A DNA stretch of 64,000 nucleotides from the human T2T-CHM13v2.0 reference genome, Homo sapiens: NCBI RefSeq assembly GCF_009914755.1, contig NC_060929.1; one strand, given 5' to 3'. Shown here piece after piece: positions 1 to 16,760 of the stretch. Under the pieces are notes generated by a model that was not told the DNA's origin, did no database searches, and saw nothing but the letters and a program-made list of their open reading frames with translations. The translations under genes and the position numbers were made by a program. Positions within the stretch are counted from its first letter, which is position 1. Each line of letters opens with the position of its first letter.

Positions 1-138
1 GTCCCCTTTCCCGTCCCTCTGTTGACCTGTGGTAACTCAGGTGGGTGCAGGCTAAAAGTCTTAGGAAATCTGCTTGAAGTTAGATATAAACACATGCCTT
101 ACACCTTAGGAATTCTAGCACGCATGGGCATCTCCTGA

Positions 139-629
<491 letters not shown>

Positions 630-792
630 TGAACCTACTCTATGCCGGACACTTTTCTAGGCCCTGGTGATGTAGACAGATGGGGTTCCAGCTCTCTGGT
701 GACATATTCTGATGGAGTCAGGCAGTGAGCAGATACACATAACTCAACATCAGGGAGTGATTTTAAGTGCTGAGAAGAAAGAAGAGGGCAGA

Positions 793-1089
793 GGCTGGGC
801 GTGGTGGCTCACACCTGTAATCCCAACACTGGGAGGCTGAGGCAGGCAGATTGCTTGAGCCCAGGAGTTTGAGACAGCCAGGGCAACATGGCAAAACCCC
901 GTCTCTACAAAAAAATACAAAAATTAGCCAGGTGCAGTGGTGTGCGCTTGTCCTAGCTCCTTGAAAGGCCAAGGTGGGAGGATCACCTGAGCCTAGGGAG
1001 GTTGGGGCAGCAGTGAGCCATGATCGCGCCACTGCACTCCAGCCTGGGCAAGAGTGAGACCCTGTCTAAAAAAAAAAAAAAAAAAATTA
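793..1089 (+). mobile_element. Alu (AluJ-like) with TSD AAAGAAGAGGGCAGA
   Basis: GGCTGGGCGTGGTGGCTCAC...poly-A; identical 15-mer on both flanks. Confidence 0.95.
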
Positions 1090-1289
1090 AAAGAAGAGGG
1101 CAGAGTAAGCACAGGCTCCCCCGAGGAGATGACATTTGAAAATAGACTTAAGTAAGGGAGCAAGCCATACAGAGATGCAAAGGCAGAACCTTCCAGGTAG
1201 AACGGTAATTCATTCAAGTTCTCCAGCTGTTGAGTGGCAGAAAGTCAAGGGCTTTCCATACCTCCTCTGCTTTTTCTTTTACATGCTAT

Positions 1290-1700
1290 CTATAAGGGTG
1301 CTTTTTTAGCTGAAGTAGCAGAAAAGTGGACTAGAAGAGGTTTAAATAAGAGTTTTTTTGTTTTCATTTTTTTTCTCATGTAACAAGAAGACTGGAGGTA
1401 GCTTGCTTCTGGTGTTGGCTCAGCATCTCAAGGATGCCAGAGTTTTTATCTCTGCTCTCAACTGCACTTTTCCCTTATGGTCTCAGAGGAGTTCCCCCAG
1501 CTCCAGATGTTATGTCTGCACCCAGGACAGGAAGATGGGGTTGGGGTAGAAATGTTAGTGCCGGTGATGTGTGACCCTTTGATTATAAAACCAAAAGCCC
1601 CCTACCCCCCCAGCAGGCTTCTGCTTATTATCATCAGTCAGAGCAATGGTATATGGCCACCCCATGCCACAAAGGAGGCTGGGAAAGTGAAAGTAAGTGG
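1290..1700. mobile_element. Old MaLR/ERVL LTR fragment (MLT1-like)
   Basis: Degenerate motifs ctcatgtaacaagaag...ggaggtag and caaaggaggctgggaaagtga, typical of old MLT1/LTR33 copies. Confidence 0.4.
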
Positions 1701-1754
1701 TTAGGGTTAAAGGGAATCAGAATCCAACAAGGTCTACCTATTGCCTGTGGGCTT

Positions 1755-2013
1755 TCTTGAGACAGGATCTCATCCTGTTGCCCAGGCTGGAGTGCAGTGG
1801 TGCAGTCACGGCTCACTAAAGCTCAAACTCCTGTGCTCAAGTGATCCTCCCACCTCAGCCTCCTAAGTAACAGATTACAGTCATGAGCTACCACACCTGA
1901 CTAATTTTTTAATATTTTGTGGAGACGGGATCTCACTATGTTGCCCAGGGAACTCCTGAGCTCAAGAGATTTTCCTGCCTTGGGATAACAGGCATGAGCC
2001 ACCATGCCTGGCC
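1755..2013 (-). mobile_element. Alu (AluJ-like, internally deleted)
   Basis: Antisense Alu consensus with short deletions. Confidence 0.9.
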
Positions 2014-2258
2014 ACGTCCTTTATTTATTGAAGAAACTAGGTCATTTATTCTGTAGAATGCCCGCATTATGGATTGGGCTTATTGAATCATGTAACCTGT
2101 TCCTGGTATTTTCTGTAAACTGGTGGTTAGATCTGGAGCCTTGATTAGGCTCAGGGTCAGTTCTCTGGGCAAGAAGCATTCCTGGGTACTGCTGTGTGCT
2201 TTGTATTGTGTCACATTGAGAGGTACAGAACAACTGGCTTTCTTCGCTTTGAGATGCT

Positions 2259-2336
2259 CAGATGGATCACTGCGTTCAGGCAGGCAGATGGATCACTGCT
2301 TTCAGGCAGGCAGATGGATCACTGCATTCAGGCAGG
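2259..2336 (+). repeat. Tandem repeat, 3 x 26 bp CAGATGGATCACTGC[G/T/A]TTCAGGCAGG
   Basis: Three head-to-tail copies at 2259, 2285 and 2311, differing at a single position. Confidence 0.95.
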
Positions 2337-2719
2337 GGCAGCCTGTTCTATCTGTTAGGAAGTTTCCTGTCATTGCTGATTATTGTCTAGAGCCAGGATT
2401 TCATCAGTGGATGCACAAAGAGGATTTTTCTAATTCTCTTAGTCTTTCTGCATACATTCTTTGAAGTTATTCTATAAAACAGAACGTTGCCCTCATCAAC
2501 TATTTGGCTAGCTAGAAATACATTTTATACCAAGAAAAAAAGTCAGAGTAAGTGCATTCTCTTTATTTACCAATTTTCAGAATAATGAGTTGGTGGTGTA
2601 GGATCTTAAAGGTGTCCAACAAGGCTTGTTACTTGTTTTTAGGAAGTATCCTTATGAACTCATGGATCACTTAATGTATGGGATGTATTTCAATCACGGC
2701 TGTTATTAAAATGTTTTAT

Positions 2720-3548
2720 TCAGACAGCTTTATTGAGGTATAATCGACTTACAATAAATGTCACATGTCTAAAGTGTACAATGTGAAAAATTTGACATAT
2801 GTATACGTCCATGAAACCATCATCACAGCCAAGATCATGGATATCTACACCACACCCCAAAGCTTGCTCCTCCCTGTCCTTTCCGCTCTCCCTGGGCAGC
2901 TGATGATCTGCTGTCACTCTAGATTAGTTGGCATGTTCTAGCATTTTATATAGACAGAACCATACCATATGGACCCTAGTTTGCCTGCCATTCAGCATAA
3001 TTATCTTGAGAATCATCCATGTTGTTGCAGTGAGCCGAAATCGCGCCATTGCACTCCAGCCTGGGCGACAAGAGTGAAACTCCGTCTCAAAAAAAAAAAT
3101 TTAATGAAGCCTAATTTATCATTTTTCTTTTATTACTTGAGCTTTTTGGTGTCTCATCTAAAAAGATAATCTTTGCCTAACCTAAACTTACAAAGATATT
3201 CCCTTATGTTTTCCTCTAGAAGGTTTATAGTAAGTCTGGACATCAGATCCAAATTTGTTCTTTTTCACAGTTGCTTTGGCTGTTCTAAGTCCTTTGTATT
3301 TCCATATGAATCTTAGAACCAGCTTGTCAATTTCTACAAAAATACTTGCTGGGATTTTGATTGGAATTGAGTTGAATCTATGGATAAATTTGGGAAGAAA
3401 TGCCATCCTTACAATGTTGAATCTTCTGACCCACTAACATGTCTATATTTCCACATTTACTTTTGCTTTCATGTCTTCTTTAATTTCCCTCAGCAGTATT
3501 TTCAGTATATGGGTCTTGTACTTTTTTCTCAAATTTATCTCTAAATAT
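2720..3548 (-). mobile_element. Old L1 (L1M) fragments: 3' end (about 2720-3020) and ORF2 remnant (about 3101-3548)
   Basis: cagctttattgaggtataat L1 3' end signature. ORF 3188..3406(-) [19 protein letters not shown]...LRFIWK resembles the L1 ORF2p segment MAILPKVIYRFNAIPIKLP...KFIW. Confidence 0.85.
3024..3099 (+). mobile_element. Alu 3'-end fragment (about 75 bp)
   Basis: gttgcagtgagccga...gcactccagcctgggcgacaagagtgaaactccgtctc followed by poly-A. Confidence 0.9.

Positions 3549-3609
<61 letters not shown>
3549..3609. repeat. Compound microsatellite (TA)n(TG)n(TA)n
   Basis: Read directly; abuts the poly-T of the next Alu fragment. Confidence 0.95.
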
Positions 3610-3623
<14 letters not shown>

Positions 3624-3710
3624 GAGATGGAGTTTTGCTCTTGTTGCCCAGGCTGGAGTACAATGGCACGATCTTGGCTCACTGCAACCTCCACCTCCTA
3701 GGTTCAAGCA
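3610..3710 (-). mobile_element. Alu 3'-end fragment
   Basis: ttttgagatggagttttgctcttgttgcccaggctgg...ggttcaagc, then an abrupt end. Confidence 0.9.
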
Positions 3711-5934
3711 CCACCCCCCTGACACAGGGACACACACATAAAATGTAACAGAATGCAGCGTTCTGCCTTGGCCTTTTCCTCTTACTGTATCCTGGAGATT
3801 CCCCTGTGACAGTGTCATTTTCCCATCTAGCTGTATCACCCTCTGCGTTATGGGTGATCTGTAGTGTCCCCTTTGGCTGGATGTTTGGATGACCTCCCGT
3901 CATTTGCTATTACAGCTGGTGCTGTGGTACATAGCCTTGTGTAGATGTCAATTTATATTTTCACCTGGAGTTCACTGAGTGCTATTAATGGGCCAGGCCC
4001 TGCGTGACCCACAGGAGATTCAAGGACAAATCTGACCCAGCCCAGCAAGAGTGGAAGACCCTGCAGCCAGCCTGGGGCTGGGCCGGGTATAGTCCCCAGA
4101 GCCTGTGGAGACTGGGGAGCTGCCTTGGGATGGGGAGTGTGGTTTGTCTGGCCTTCCGGAAGTCAAGCAGTCAGATTTACTCTTCTTCCTCTTTGTCCAG
4201 ACTTGGTCTTTGTGGGAAGGAGGGGAGGGGAAAGGCCAAGATTTTGTGGTCAGAAAGGGTTATCACGGATGGGAGAGGTCACATGTGGAGATGATTGGGG
4301 TAGAAGTGGAGGCTGCTGGAGCTGGGAGGCCATGCCATGGGCACCAAGGTCTAGGGAGAGAGCTGCAGGGAGAAAACCTTATATGCGTTGGTGACATCAG
4401 CATTATGTGCTATGTAGACCAGGAGTCGTCACCCAGATTTCTCATAAATCCAGGCCTTCACTCCTTCACCTGCCAGCCTGTTTCCCTCTTCCAGGCAGGC
4501 ATGTGGCCCAGGGGTGAGAAGAATTGTTCTACTGCCAGACTGTGCCAGTTCAAGTCCTGGCCCTGCATCTTGGGCAAGTAAAACAGAAAGAATGCTACTG
4601 TCTACCATACAGGGTTATGAAAGTGATCCGAGATACTGAACGCAAAGTGTAAGCCGAGGCTTCGTGCGCAGTAAGCCCTCGCAAGGGGGGTAGCAGCAGT
4701 CATAGCTGTGATTGTTACTATTATATTATTATTATTATTCCTCCCTCAAAGTTGCTCCATCTGGGCTGGAGACAGAGATGGACCTTTTTTCCTTTGGACA
4801 GAGGGAGAGAGTGGTATGAACTCATCTTAGTAGTATGAATGTCAAGGTCAGGATTTGAGGGGGGCGATGAGAATGATTCTAGGGCTCCCTCCCGCCTGCC
4901 TCCACTTGGCTCTGGTGTGTTCATTTGCCTTCGTGCCCCCCAACACACATACACGCATGCACACACATACACTAGCACAGCCCCCGGGCCAGTGGTTCTC
5001 AGTAAGGTGGAGGGAATGAGTAGGTGAACAAACGAGTGAGTTTTTCGCCTCACTCCCTGGCACTCGGCACCGAGGGCTCCGACAGGCTGGTGGCCAGGGC
5101 TGACCAGCCAGAGTTTCATCTAAAAGCCTCGATGGCTATTTTTGGGACAAATGACCCACCACTTCCAATGACTTGCTCCGAAATGGCATCTAATTTCATT
5201 AAGCCTTGGAAACAGTGACATCACAAGTGCCTGCCCGGTAGCCGCCCACATATGGCGAACCACAGAGTGATCCGAGATTCGTCTGCAAGAACAGGGGAGA
5301 ACTAAGGTCCCAAGCAGCAAAAGTTAAAATAGCAAAGCTGAGGCATTCTGCTATGAAAAGAAATTACAGATGAAATCCATTAGTCAGACATTTCCAGCGG
5401 CAGTTTCCTTGCTTGGGAGCAGGGGAAGACGTGTTTATTCGGGGTTGGGCTCTGCAGCCATTCCTCACTCTGTAGGCAAGATGTGGCCCGGAAAGTGGGT
5501 TTCTGTTAAGGAAATCCTATGTTCTCATTGACTTTTAGCACCGACCTTCCTGTACATTCTCATGGAATTTGCTGTATCCTAAGGCGTGAGGAAGCTAGAG
5601 ACGTGGATTTGGCACCTTTTTGATTAACATAGTGACACTTGTACTTACCACGCCCTTACAGTAAGTCACAAAGTAAATTCAGATGGACTTCATCTTTTCC
5701 CTATGGGTTCCTTTGCTTTGTTTTTTTTCCAAGTGAGCGCTGCCTTCTCAGGCACAGAGCAAAAAGGGAGGGAAACACTGCCTAACTCCAGATTCTTGGT
5801 CTCCATGGAGGCCATCAAGGCGGTGGCTGTGACATCACCCATCGGGGGCAGGAGCAGCTGGAGGCCCCTCAGAGAGAGCATGGGATCAATGGGAAACCTT
5901 CTATGTGGGAGGTTTTATTCCGCACACAACAGAG

Positions 5935-6125
5935 CTTCCCAGCCTCAACCCTATTGACACTTGGGGCTGGTCATTCTTTGTCGTGGGGGGACCTTCTTGT
6001 GTGCCATGGAATGTTTAGCAGTACCCCTGGCCTCTACCTATGAGATGTCAGTAGCACCCCACACCCAGCGACGGCCCAAAAGACAAATGTCCACTGAGAG
6101 GCAAAACCTCTCCTTACATGAGCAC
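5935..6125. mobile_element. MER20 hAT-Charlie DNA transposon relic
   Basis: ctattgacacttggggctgg...attctttgtcgtgggggg...atgtttagcagtacccctggcctctacc...gatgtcagtagcacccc matches the MER20 consensus as recalled. Confidence 0.75.
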
Positions 6126-6138
6126 TAACAAGGATTGA

Positions 6139-6770
<632 letters not shown>

Positions 6771-7113
6771 TTTGTTTTTGTTTTCAATACTCTGAGTTTA
6801 ATTGCACCTTCAAGTGAGCAAGGCACACCTCTTCTTGAGGCTTTGGCTTTCTCTTCTGTAAAGCGAACGGGTTGGACACAGTGATCTCAGAATCCCTGAG
6901 AGAGCTGACCGTGAGGAGCGTTGAGGGCAGGGGGCCCTATGGGGTCTCTGTTTGGGTTCTGCCCCAGCAGGGGATAAACCGCGTGCCCAGCTAGCCCCAG
7001 TCCCCACTCCCATTCCCTTGACCCCTGGCATCCAGGTTAGTTTTTCTTAAGTCCAGTTGGTTCCTCTCTTGCTTTAATTTTGGCCCATTTTCCTTTTTAA
7101 AAAGTGAAAATGT

Positions 7114-7423
<310 letters not shown>

Positions 7424-9846
7424 CTAAGTATCCACAAAAGTAGAGAAAACGGTACAGGGACCACGGTGTACTCACCGCCCAGCTTCACCACTGCCCATCT
7501 TATCTTAGTCTCATGTTTAAGGCTATCCAGTGGGCCTTATGCTTGTGCAGATCCATTCATGGACTCAGTTCCCCAAGGGCCTAGACTGGGTAGCGAGGAG
7601 GGCAGTAGAGGAAAGGTCTGGGACCTGCCCTTGAGAACTCATACTCCAGTGGCCGGGGAGGGCTAGGAGGGAGTGTTTCTTAAATAATAAATATTTATTA
7701 TAATCCGTCCTTTAGCTTTCTGTGTTTGAGGCTAAGCAGTCCAAATCTTTAACTTTTCTTCCAAATATTTTCCACCCAAATGGGCCTGATTTGTCCCCAC
7801 ACTGTGGGGGAAAAGCAACAGGACCATAAATTAGATCTGGATTCAGATCTCTGCCGTGGCACTTCATAGGTGTGTGAGCCTAGCCAAGTCTCCAGCCTCT
7901 CTGAGCCTCATCTGTAAAATGGAACAATAATCCCTAATTTGCAAGTCAGTCAAGACAATTAGATGTGAACATGCTGGTCGAAGGCCTCTGTGGCCCTAGT
8001 ATATAGCAGGTTTGCTGTAAGCACCCCTTTCCCTCCTCCATTCTCTTCACCCTTTCCTCCACATTCTCTTGACGGAGAGCTGGTCACAACTGGTCACATC
8101 ACCGCAGCAAGGGACTGACTAATGTCAGCCAGGGAGGACGGCTCACTTCCTGGTCTGTCACATGCCTGGGGTTCTCACCAGCCTCCTGATAACCCATTTT
8201 CTTAGTGACATTCATGCTGACTCACTTGGCTTGTGGTCAGTTCTGAAACTAGGGTCTTTTTGAGCTCTCCCTTTACCCCACCACTGCTGCCCAGCGTGGC
8301 TCTGTGGCGTGGGAATGGAGTCAGTATTACAGTACGTAGTGTTGAGGTGGCCACTCCCAAGGAGCCAGAAGCTTTGCTAGATTGGCAGCTTCATGGGGTG
8401 GTGTCTGCCTTGATCACTTTCATTTCCCCACTGTCTAGAACACTGCCTGGTATATTAGGTGCTTAGCAAATGGCTGTTGAATGAATTAATGAATTTTGAA
8501 CTGGTCCCTGTCTTCCAGGTGACTCTCATCTGCTCTGGGGCAGCATCCTTGGAAAAGCAGATGAGCAAAACCATGAGACCTTCATCTGATTTACCAAAAA
8601 ATGAGCTCTAAACTGGTGATTCCCAGAGTACGGGCAGTGGAAGGACCATGCCCTGTGGACTCAGACTTGGGTTTGAATCCTAGCTCTGCCACTCACTGGC
8701 TTGGTGACTCTGAGCTTCCATTTTCTCCCTGGAAAAATGAGATATCAGTATTTTCCAGGGTTTTGTGAGAAATACATGCAAATATGTATGTCAAAGTGCC
8801 CAGCATAGAATGGAAGTGATTATGGTTAAGCATCATTTACTCTTTCCTTTGATTGCCTTCTGTAGCTTTGGTCCAAATCTCACCTCCCTCTTAGAGCGTC
8901 ATCATCGCCCAGCCTGCCTCCCTACCCCTGTCCCCATGCCCAGCAAAGACTTACTCTGCCTGACACCCAGGAGTCAGGGTTAAACCAGCACCTAAAATTC
9001 AGCACCTCAAATTCAGGTGCCTACAAGGACCAGCCATATGTGAAGACAACAGGCTAAGTGGGGTGGTGGTGATGATGATGATGATGATTACTATTAGAGA
9101 TGGTGGTCTCACTCTTTTGCTCAGGCTGGAGTACAGTGGAGTCGTCATAGCTCACTGTAGCCTCAATCTTCTGGTCTCAAGTGATTCTCCCACCTCAGCC
9201 TCCTGAGTAACTGGGATTATAGGCATGCTCTAAGTGTGATTAAGTGGCATCTCTGTCTTTCATGTTTTTTTAAATTTCCATTTGAAATACTTTTTTAACT
9301 TTTTGTTTTGAAATAATTTCAGACTTTTCCGCCAAACTGCAAAAATAGTACAGAGTTCCTGTATGCCCTTTACCCAAGCATCCCCAGATGTTAACATCTT
9401 ACATAATCACAATACCATGATTAAGAGCAGGAAAATCCATTAGACAGTGCTGCCGGCCAATCTGCAGATCGTACTCAACTTTCTTCAGGTGTCCCCTGAT
9501 GGCCTTTTTCTGATCCAGGATCTCATTGGATTTAGTTGTCATGTCTCTTTAGTCTCCTTCAATCTGTGACAGTTTCCCCATCTTTTCTTGTGCTTTATGA
9601 CCTGAGTGCTCTTGACAAATGCCAGCCAGTTTTTGTTTTGTTTTGTTTTGTTTTTTTGTAGACTGCCCCTCACTTTGGATTTGTTTGATGTTCTCTCATT
9701 GTTAGATTGAAGCTGTACCTTTTAGGCAGGATCCCCCAGAAGTGGTGCTGTGCCCTCCTCAGTGCGGCATATCAGGAGGCACAGGGTGCCGATGTGTCTC
9801 CATGCTTCCGGTGCCCACTGTCTTCACCTGGTTAAGATGATGCCTG

Positions 9847-10143
9847 GGCCAGGCACAGTGGCTCATGCCTGTAATCCCAATACTTTGGGAGGCCGAGGCG
9901 GGCAGATCGCTTGAGCCCTGTAGTTGAAGACCAGCCTGGGCAACATGGCAAAACCCCATCCCTACAAAAAAATTAAAAAATTAGCCAGGCATGATGGTGC
10001 ATCCCTGTAGTCCCAGCTACTCGGGAGGCTGAGGTGGGAGGATCGCCTGAGCCTTGGGAGGTTGAGGCTGCAGTGAGTCATCACATCACTGCACTCCAGC
10101 CTGGGTCACAGTGAGACCCTGTCCCTCCAGCCCCCATCAAAAA
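9847..10143 (+). mobile_element. Alu (AluJ-like) with decayed TSD AAGA(T/C)GATG(C/T)CTG
   Basis: Alu consensus; duplicated flank with two mismatches. Confidence 0.93.
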
Positions 10144-10391
10144 GACGATGTCTGCCAAATTTCTCCACTGCACAGTTACTCTTTCCATTTTGTAATTAAT
10201 AAGCGTTTTCTGGGGGAAGTGCTTTGAAGGTATGTCAATATCCTGTCTTTATCAAAGTTTTGATTTGTTCATTTCTTTATTTCTATGTATGTTTTATCCT
10301 TTCTGTTTTATCCAATGGCTTATAATCTGTGATGATTGTTATTTATTTTGATGCTCACATTGTCTATTCTTCGGCCAGTGGGAACCCCAAG

Positions 10392-10705
<314 letters not shown>

Positions 10706-11254
10706 TCTTCTTGTCCTTTTGACATGTCCTTTTCATTCTTTGAACACTTTCTTGGTTTCTGACATAAGAAGGTGCTCCAGGCCCATCTTGTATTTTTCCT
10801 GCCCAGCCTAGAATCAGCCATTCCAAGGAGCTCTGACTGCTTTAAGTAGAGAATAGTGATTAGAAGCCAAGGTTTGGGTGCTCGTTACACTCACTGCTAT
10901 TGGGCTGTTGCTGTTGCTGGATCTTCTCTATGGAAAGAGCTAGGAAATGTATGTATATATGATACGTATATATACATGTGCATATTTCAGTGTTTGGGTA
11001 TATTGAAAATGATTAATTCATACTGATATTTCCATTACCACTATAATACCATGTTTTCACCTCCCTTCCCTGACAGTGAGGCACCTGGCCCCACTATCCT
11101 TGTACATGTACATGTTTGACCAGTCTCTCTGTATGTAACAATCTCCTATCTCTCTCTTCCTCACCCTGACTGAACTTAGACACTCTGCCCCGAGCCACTG
11201 CTGCCTCCTCACCCAGAGCAGCCTCTGACTTCCAGTTTTGAAACAATGGTTCTT

Positions 11255-11580
11255 ATATTTTTTATTTTTTAATTTTTATTTTATGTATATTTTTGAGATA
11301 GGGTCTCACTGTGTGACCCAGGCTGGAGTACATTGGCACCATCTTAGCTCACTGCAGCCTCAACCTCCCAGGCTCAAGTGATCCTCCCACCTCAGCCTCC
11401 TGACTAGCTGGGACTACAGGCGCACACCACCATGCCCAGCTAATTTTGTTCATTTTTTTTTTGTGGAGATGAGGTCTCTCTATGCTGCCCAGGCTGGTCG
11501 CAAACTCCTATTCTCAAGCAGTCCTCCCACCTCAGCCTCCCAAAGTGCTGGGATTACAGGCAAGAGCCATCGTGTACAGC
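11255..11580 (-). mobile_element. Alu (AluJ-like)
   Basis: Antisense Alu consensus. Confidence 0.92.
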
Positions 11581-12769
11581 AGTTTCTGTATTTTTTTAAA
11601 CTGCGAGGCCCAGTTTCTGCTTGTCGGTCCCTGATGGTGACCTGGACAAAAGCTGGGCTGTTAGCCACCTGGGGTATCGAGCCCCAGGACACGGCTGTCA
11701 TGCTTTAATCTGCATGGGAACTTTTAGATCCCCTGTGCACCCCCTCATTTCATACTCAGAGAAGCTGAGGCCCAGCAAGGGCCAGGGATTTTCTGAAGGT
11801 CTAACACGAAGTTGGGGTGGAGTGAGGACGAGACCCCTCCCGCTGCAGCCCTTTCCTGCTGCCTCGCTACCTGCTGCTCATTTCTCCAGTCTTAGGAGAA
11901 CCCACATGCCCTCCCCACTGGCCCAGGCTGGCCTTCCTATGACACGAGGCGGACCACATCCTCTTCCAGCTCCGCAAGGCCTCTCCGCTCAAATGGTCAC
12001 CGCCTAGGCCCCAGGCCTCATGTCATCTGCAGACGCGTCTCATTTGTCCTGTAGAGTGTTGGCCCAGCATTTGAGAATGGTGAACTTCCATGTAAAATTC
12101 CACATTTTTGGCTTCTCTTGGACACTCAGAAGGTCTGGCCTCCTGAGCCCGCATCTCTACCTGGCAGGTGTCAGCTGGGGCTCGGTGATGGCCGCCTGCT
12201 GGTTTGTTTTCTCTCCATTCCCTCTCCCCACCCCTACCTCCCAAATTTGCTGACCTCTCACAGTCTCCCACAGTAGACCGCCCGCCGGCCCCCATCGACA
12301 CTTGGTGTGAGACTCCCTAGCCACAGCCTGGCCCTCAGGACCCTCTCCTCCAGCCCCGCCCCAGTTTTCCGTCCTCCTCTCCCTGCACATCGGGCTGTAC
12401 CCTGTGCCGGAGAGAGGACAGCGCCCAGCTTCCCAGATTCGGTCCTACTCTGTCTTTGCTTCTGCTCCTCTCCTTGCCTGGGCTGCTCTTTCCCTCCACC
12501 CATCCATCTTCTCCCCCTCCTGCTCTGTGCACACATCACCCCCTGTAGGAAGCTTCACCGAGGACCCCAGGCCAAGTCAGGTACCCCCTCCTGAGTTAAT
12601 CCAGCACCTCGTGATGAGGATGCCACTACCTTCTCCTTCCCTTTCTTTGCCTCTACCGCTAAACTACAAACTCACTGGGCCAAGGGTTGATTTTTATCTC
12701 CTTGCCTAAGGGCCTAAAAGAGGGGGTGTGTTAGTAGGCACTGCGTAAATGTTTGTCAAACAAGCGTTA

Positions 12770-13010
12770 ATAATAATAGTAACCACAAATATCCACGTGG
12801 CATTTCTGGGGTGCCAGGCTCTGCCTAAGTACTTTATATGTGCTCAGTCATTTGAGCCTCACCACCATGCTGTGAGATAGTTACTGTTGTTGCCCCCACT
12901 TTATAGACAAAGAAACTGAGGCACAGAGAGGTTAAGTGACGGTCCCAGGGTGGTACAGTAGTGGTCATAGTTGAGCCCAGGCATCTGATTCCACAGCACA
13001 TGCTCTTACC
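12770..13010 (-). mobile_element. MIR SINE (representative; similar MIR cores near 7830, 8640, 13640, 21480, 28100, 29810, 30580, 37090, 39300, 40510, 46120, 47340, 49790, 54840 and 59800)
   Basis: MIR core cccactttatagacaaagaaactgaggcacagagaggttaagtgac. Confidence 0.75.
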
Positions 13011-14309
13011 TCTCACACACCTCTCAGTGTTAAAGCGGCCCCCACTTTCTGACTAAGGGATATGAGTAAATATGGACAGGTGAGTTGCAGAGACCCCCAA
13101 CCTCCCGACCACACCCCAGCCCCAGCTTCTAGTACCCTCAGGGGCACAAGCACAGGTGACTGGGAGCTAAGCAGGCGGCAGAGAAAGTGGTACCTTTGAA
13201 CTTGGCAGCCCGCAGGAATTTTTCTCCCCTGAGGTCTTAGGAAACTGAGCATGTTTCACGTGTAATTAGGGTGAGCACACTGATTCAAGCATCGGCCCTT
13301 ACGCAAGGTTTCCAAGGCATTGCGTCGGGTTTAGCTGGGCATACTCTTGTTTCCCAATCACCAAAGAGGAACCGCACACCAGCCTGTCACCCCCAAGGGC
13401 TGGAGCCGCCGGCCTCTCCAGCAAGTCAAGTTCTGTCTGAGAGCTGGGATGCCGTGTGGACTAAGGAGGGTTCTGTCGATCAAACTCTGCTGTGGGAGAA
13501 CTGTCTGCTACGCAGGTTCAAGTGAAGGAAACGAAGCCAAGTGTGTGGGGAGCCTCCCCTGCGAGCTCTCTGCGTCACATCCTTTACAGACACTTCTTTC
13601 CCTCACTCCTTTCCGTGGCCTCACAGGGTCTAGTACTAATGGTCCCATTTTTACAAAGGAGGAAACAGGCTCCGAGAGGTGAAGTCGTTTGCTGAAGGTC
13701 ACATGGTGAACGAGAGGACCAGCCGAGATTTGAACCAGGGTAGTCTGATTCCAGGGTCTTAACTCTTAAATAGCTGAAGCAGAGCCAGAATTAAACCTGT
13801 GTCTGTCTGATTTCCAAAACCCTGAATTCTCCCACTACACCACACGATTTCCCTGTGCTCTGGTGGGATCCATAGGAAAGAAAGACATCTGTCTGCTTCT
13901 GTGAGGGAAAGAAATCACACAAGACAGGAACCAGAGCCATCACCAGCTGATGCTGAGACCGTGGGCTCCTGGCAGGACTTTCTGTTAACCTCATGCCTTA
14001 GCATTCTTAAGAAGAGTCTCCATGAGGCAGACAGCAGGAGCTGGGGGGTGCAGCCGGAGTGGAAACAGGAGGAGGCAGGAAAGGGAAGAGGGGGAGGAGA
14101 GGTGACGTGGAGCAAGAATGCAGCATCGTCACATAACTCGAGCAGGGCTGTGCGTTTCCTTGCTTCCTCTAGCGTCAGAGTCACCCCCGATTCAGGGGTT
14201 CCATACATTCCATAATTATCCAGTGCCTACTCTGCACCAGGCCCATGCTAGGGTTTGGGAACGTGGCAGGGAACAAAACCTAACTAGGCCCCTGCTCTCG
14301 CAGAAGTTA

Positions 14310-14639
<330 letters not shown>

Positions 14640-14861
14640 TTATGAAGAAGAGATGACAAGGGGATGTGATCTAAGGGTGTTGTGGGGAGCAGGGGTTCCA
14701 TCAGAGAAGCATCTTGGAGAAAGTGTCCTGAAAGAGCAGAAAAACTGTGGGAAGAACCATGGTTTGTTGAACCATGTGTCACACAAGCCAGCACCACTGC
14801 CTGCTGCCTTGAGACCCACCCTTTGTGCCCACCTCACTCCTGTTCCATTTGCTCTCCACAG

Positions 14862-14923
14862 GTTTGACATCTACAGGAAGGTGCCCAAGGACCTTACGCA
14901 GCCAACGTACACCGGGGCCATTA
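14862..14923 (+). CDS. ERGIC1: ERGIC1 coding exon 2 (62 nt): (R)FDIYRKVPKDLTQPTYTGAI(I)
   Basis: Pyrimidine tract plus CAG acceptor ending at 14861; donor A|GTGAGT at 14924. Translation matches the ERGIC1/Erv41-family N-terminal FD-Y-K motif. Phase 2 in, phase 1 out. Confidence 0.97.
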
Positions 14924-15152
14924 GTGAGTAGCCAACCTCTGGCCATGCCCTCTGCCCCATCTCCACTGCCTGTGCCTGCTCTCTCTGTGCAGATCATCTG
15001 GGCCAGGGAGGAAAGAAGGAAAGACAGGAGGGAGGAAAGAAATGCTGAGCATCTTGCGGGGGCCCTTCAAGCATTTCCTCACTTACTCTCTATCCTCACT
15101 GTAACCCCTCAAGGCACAGGCACCATCTGGAAGGACATGAAAGAAATTGTCA

Positions 15153-16760
<1,608 letters not shown>

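Noticed and set aside
3188-3406. L1 ORF2-like peptide as an active reverse transcriptase gene
   Set aside because: Short, diverged fragment bounded by stops and deletions; a fossil L1.
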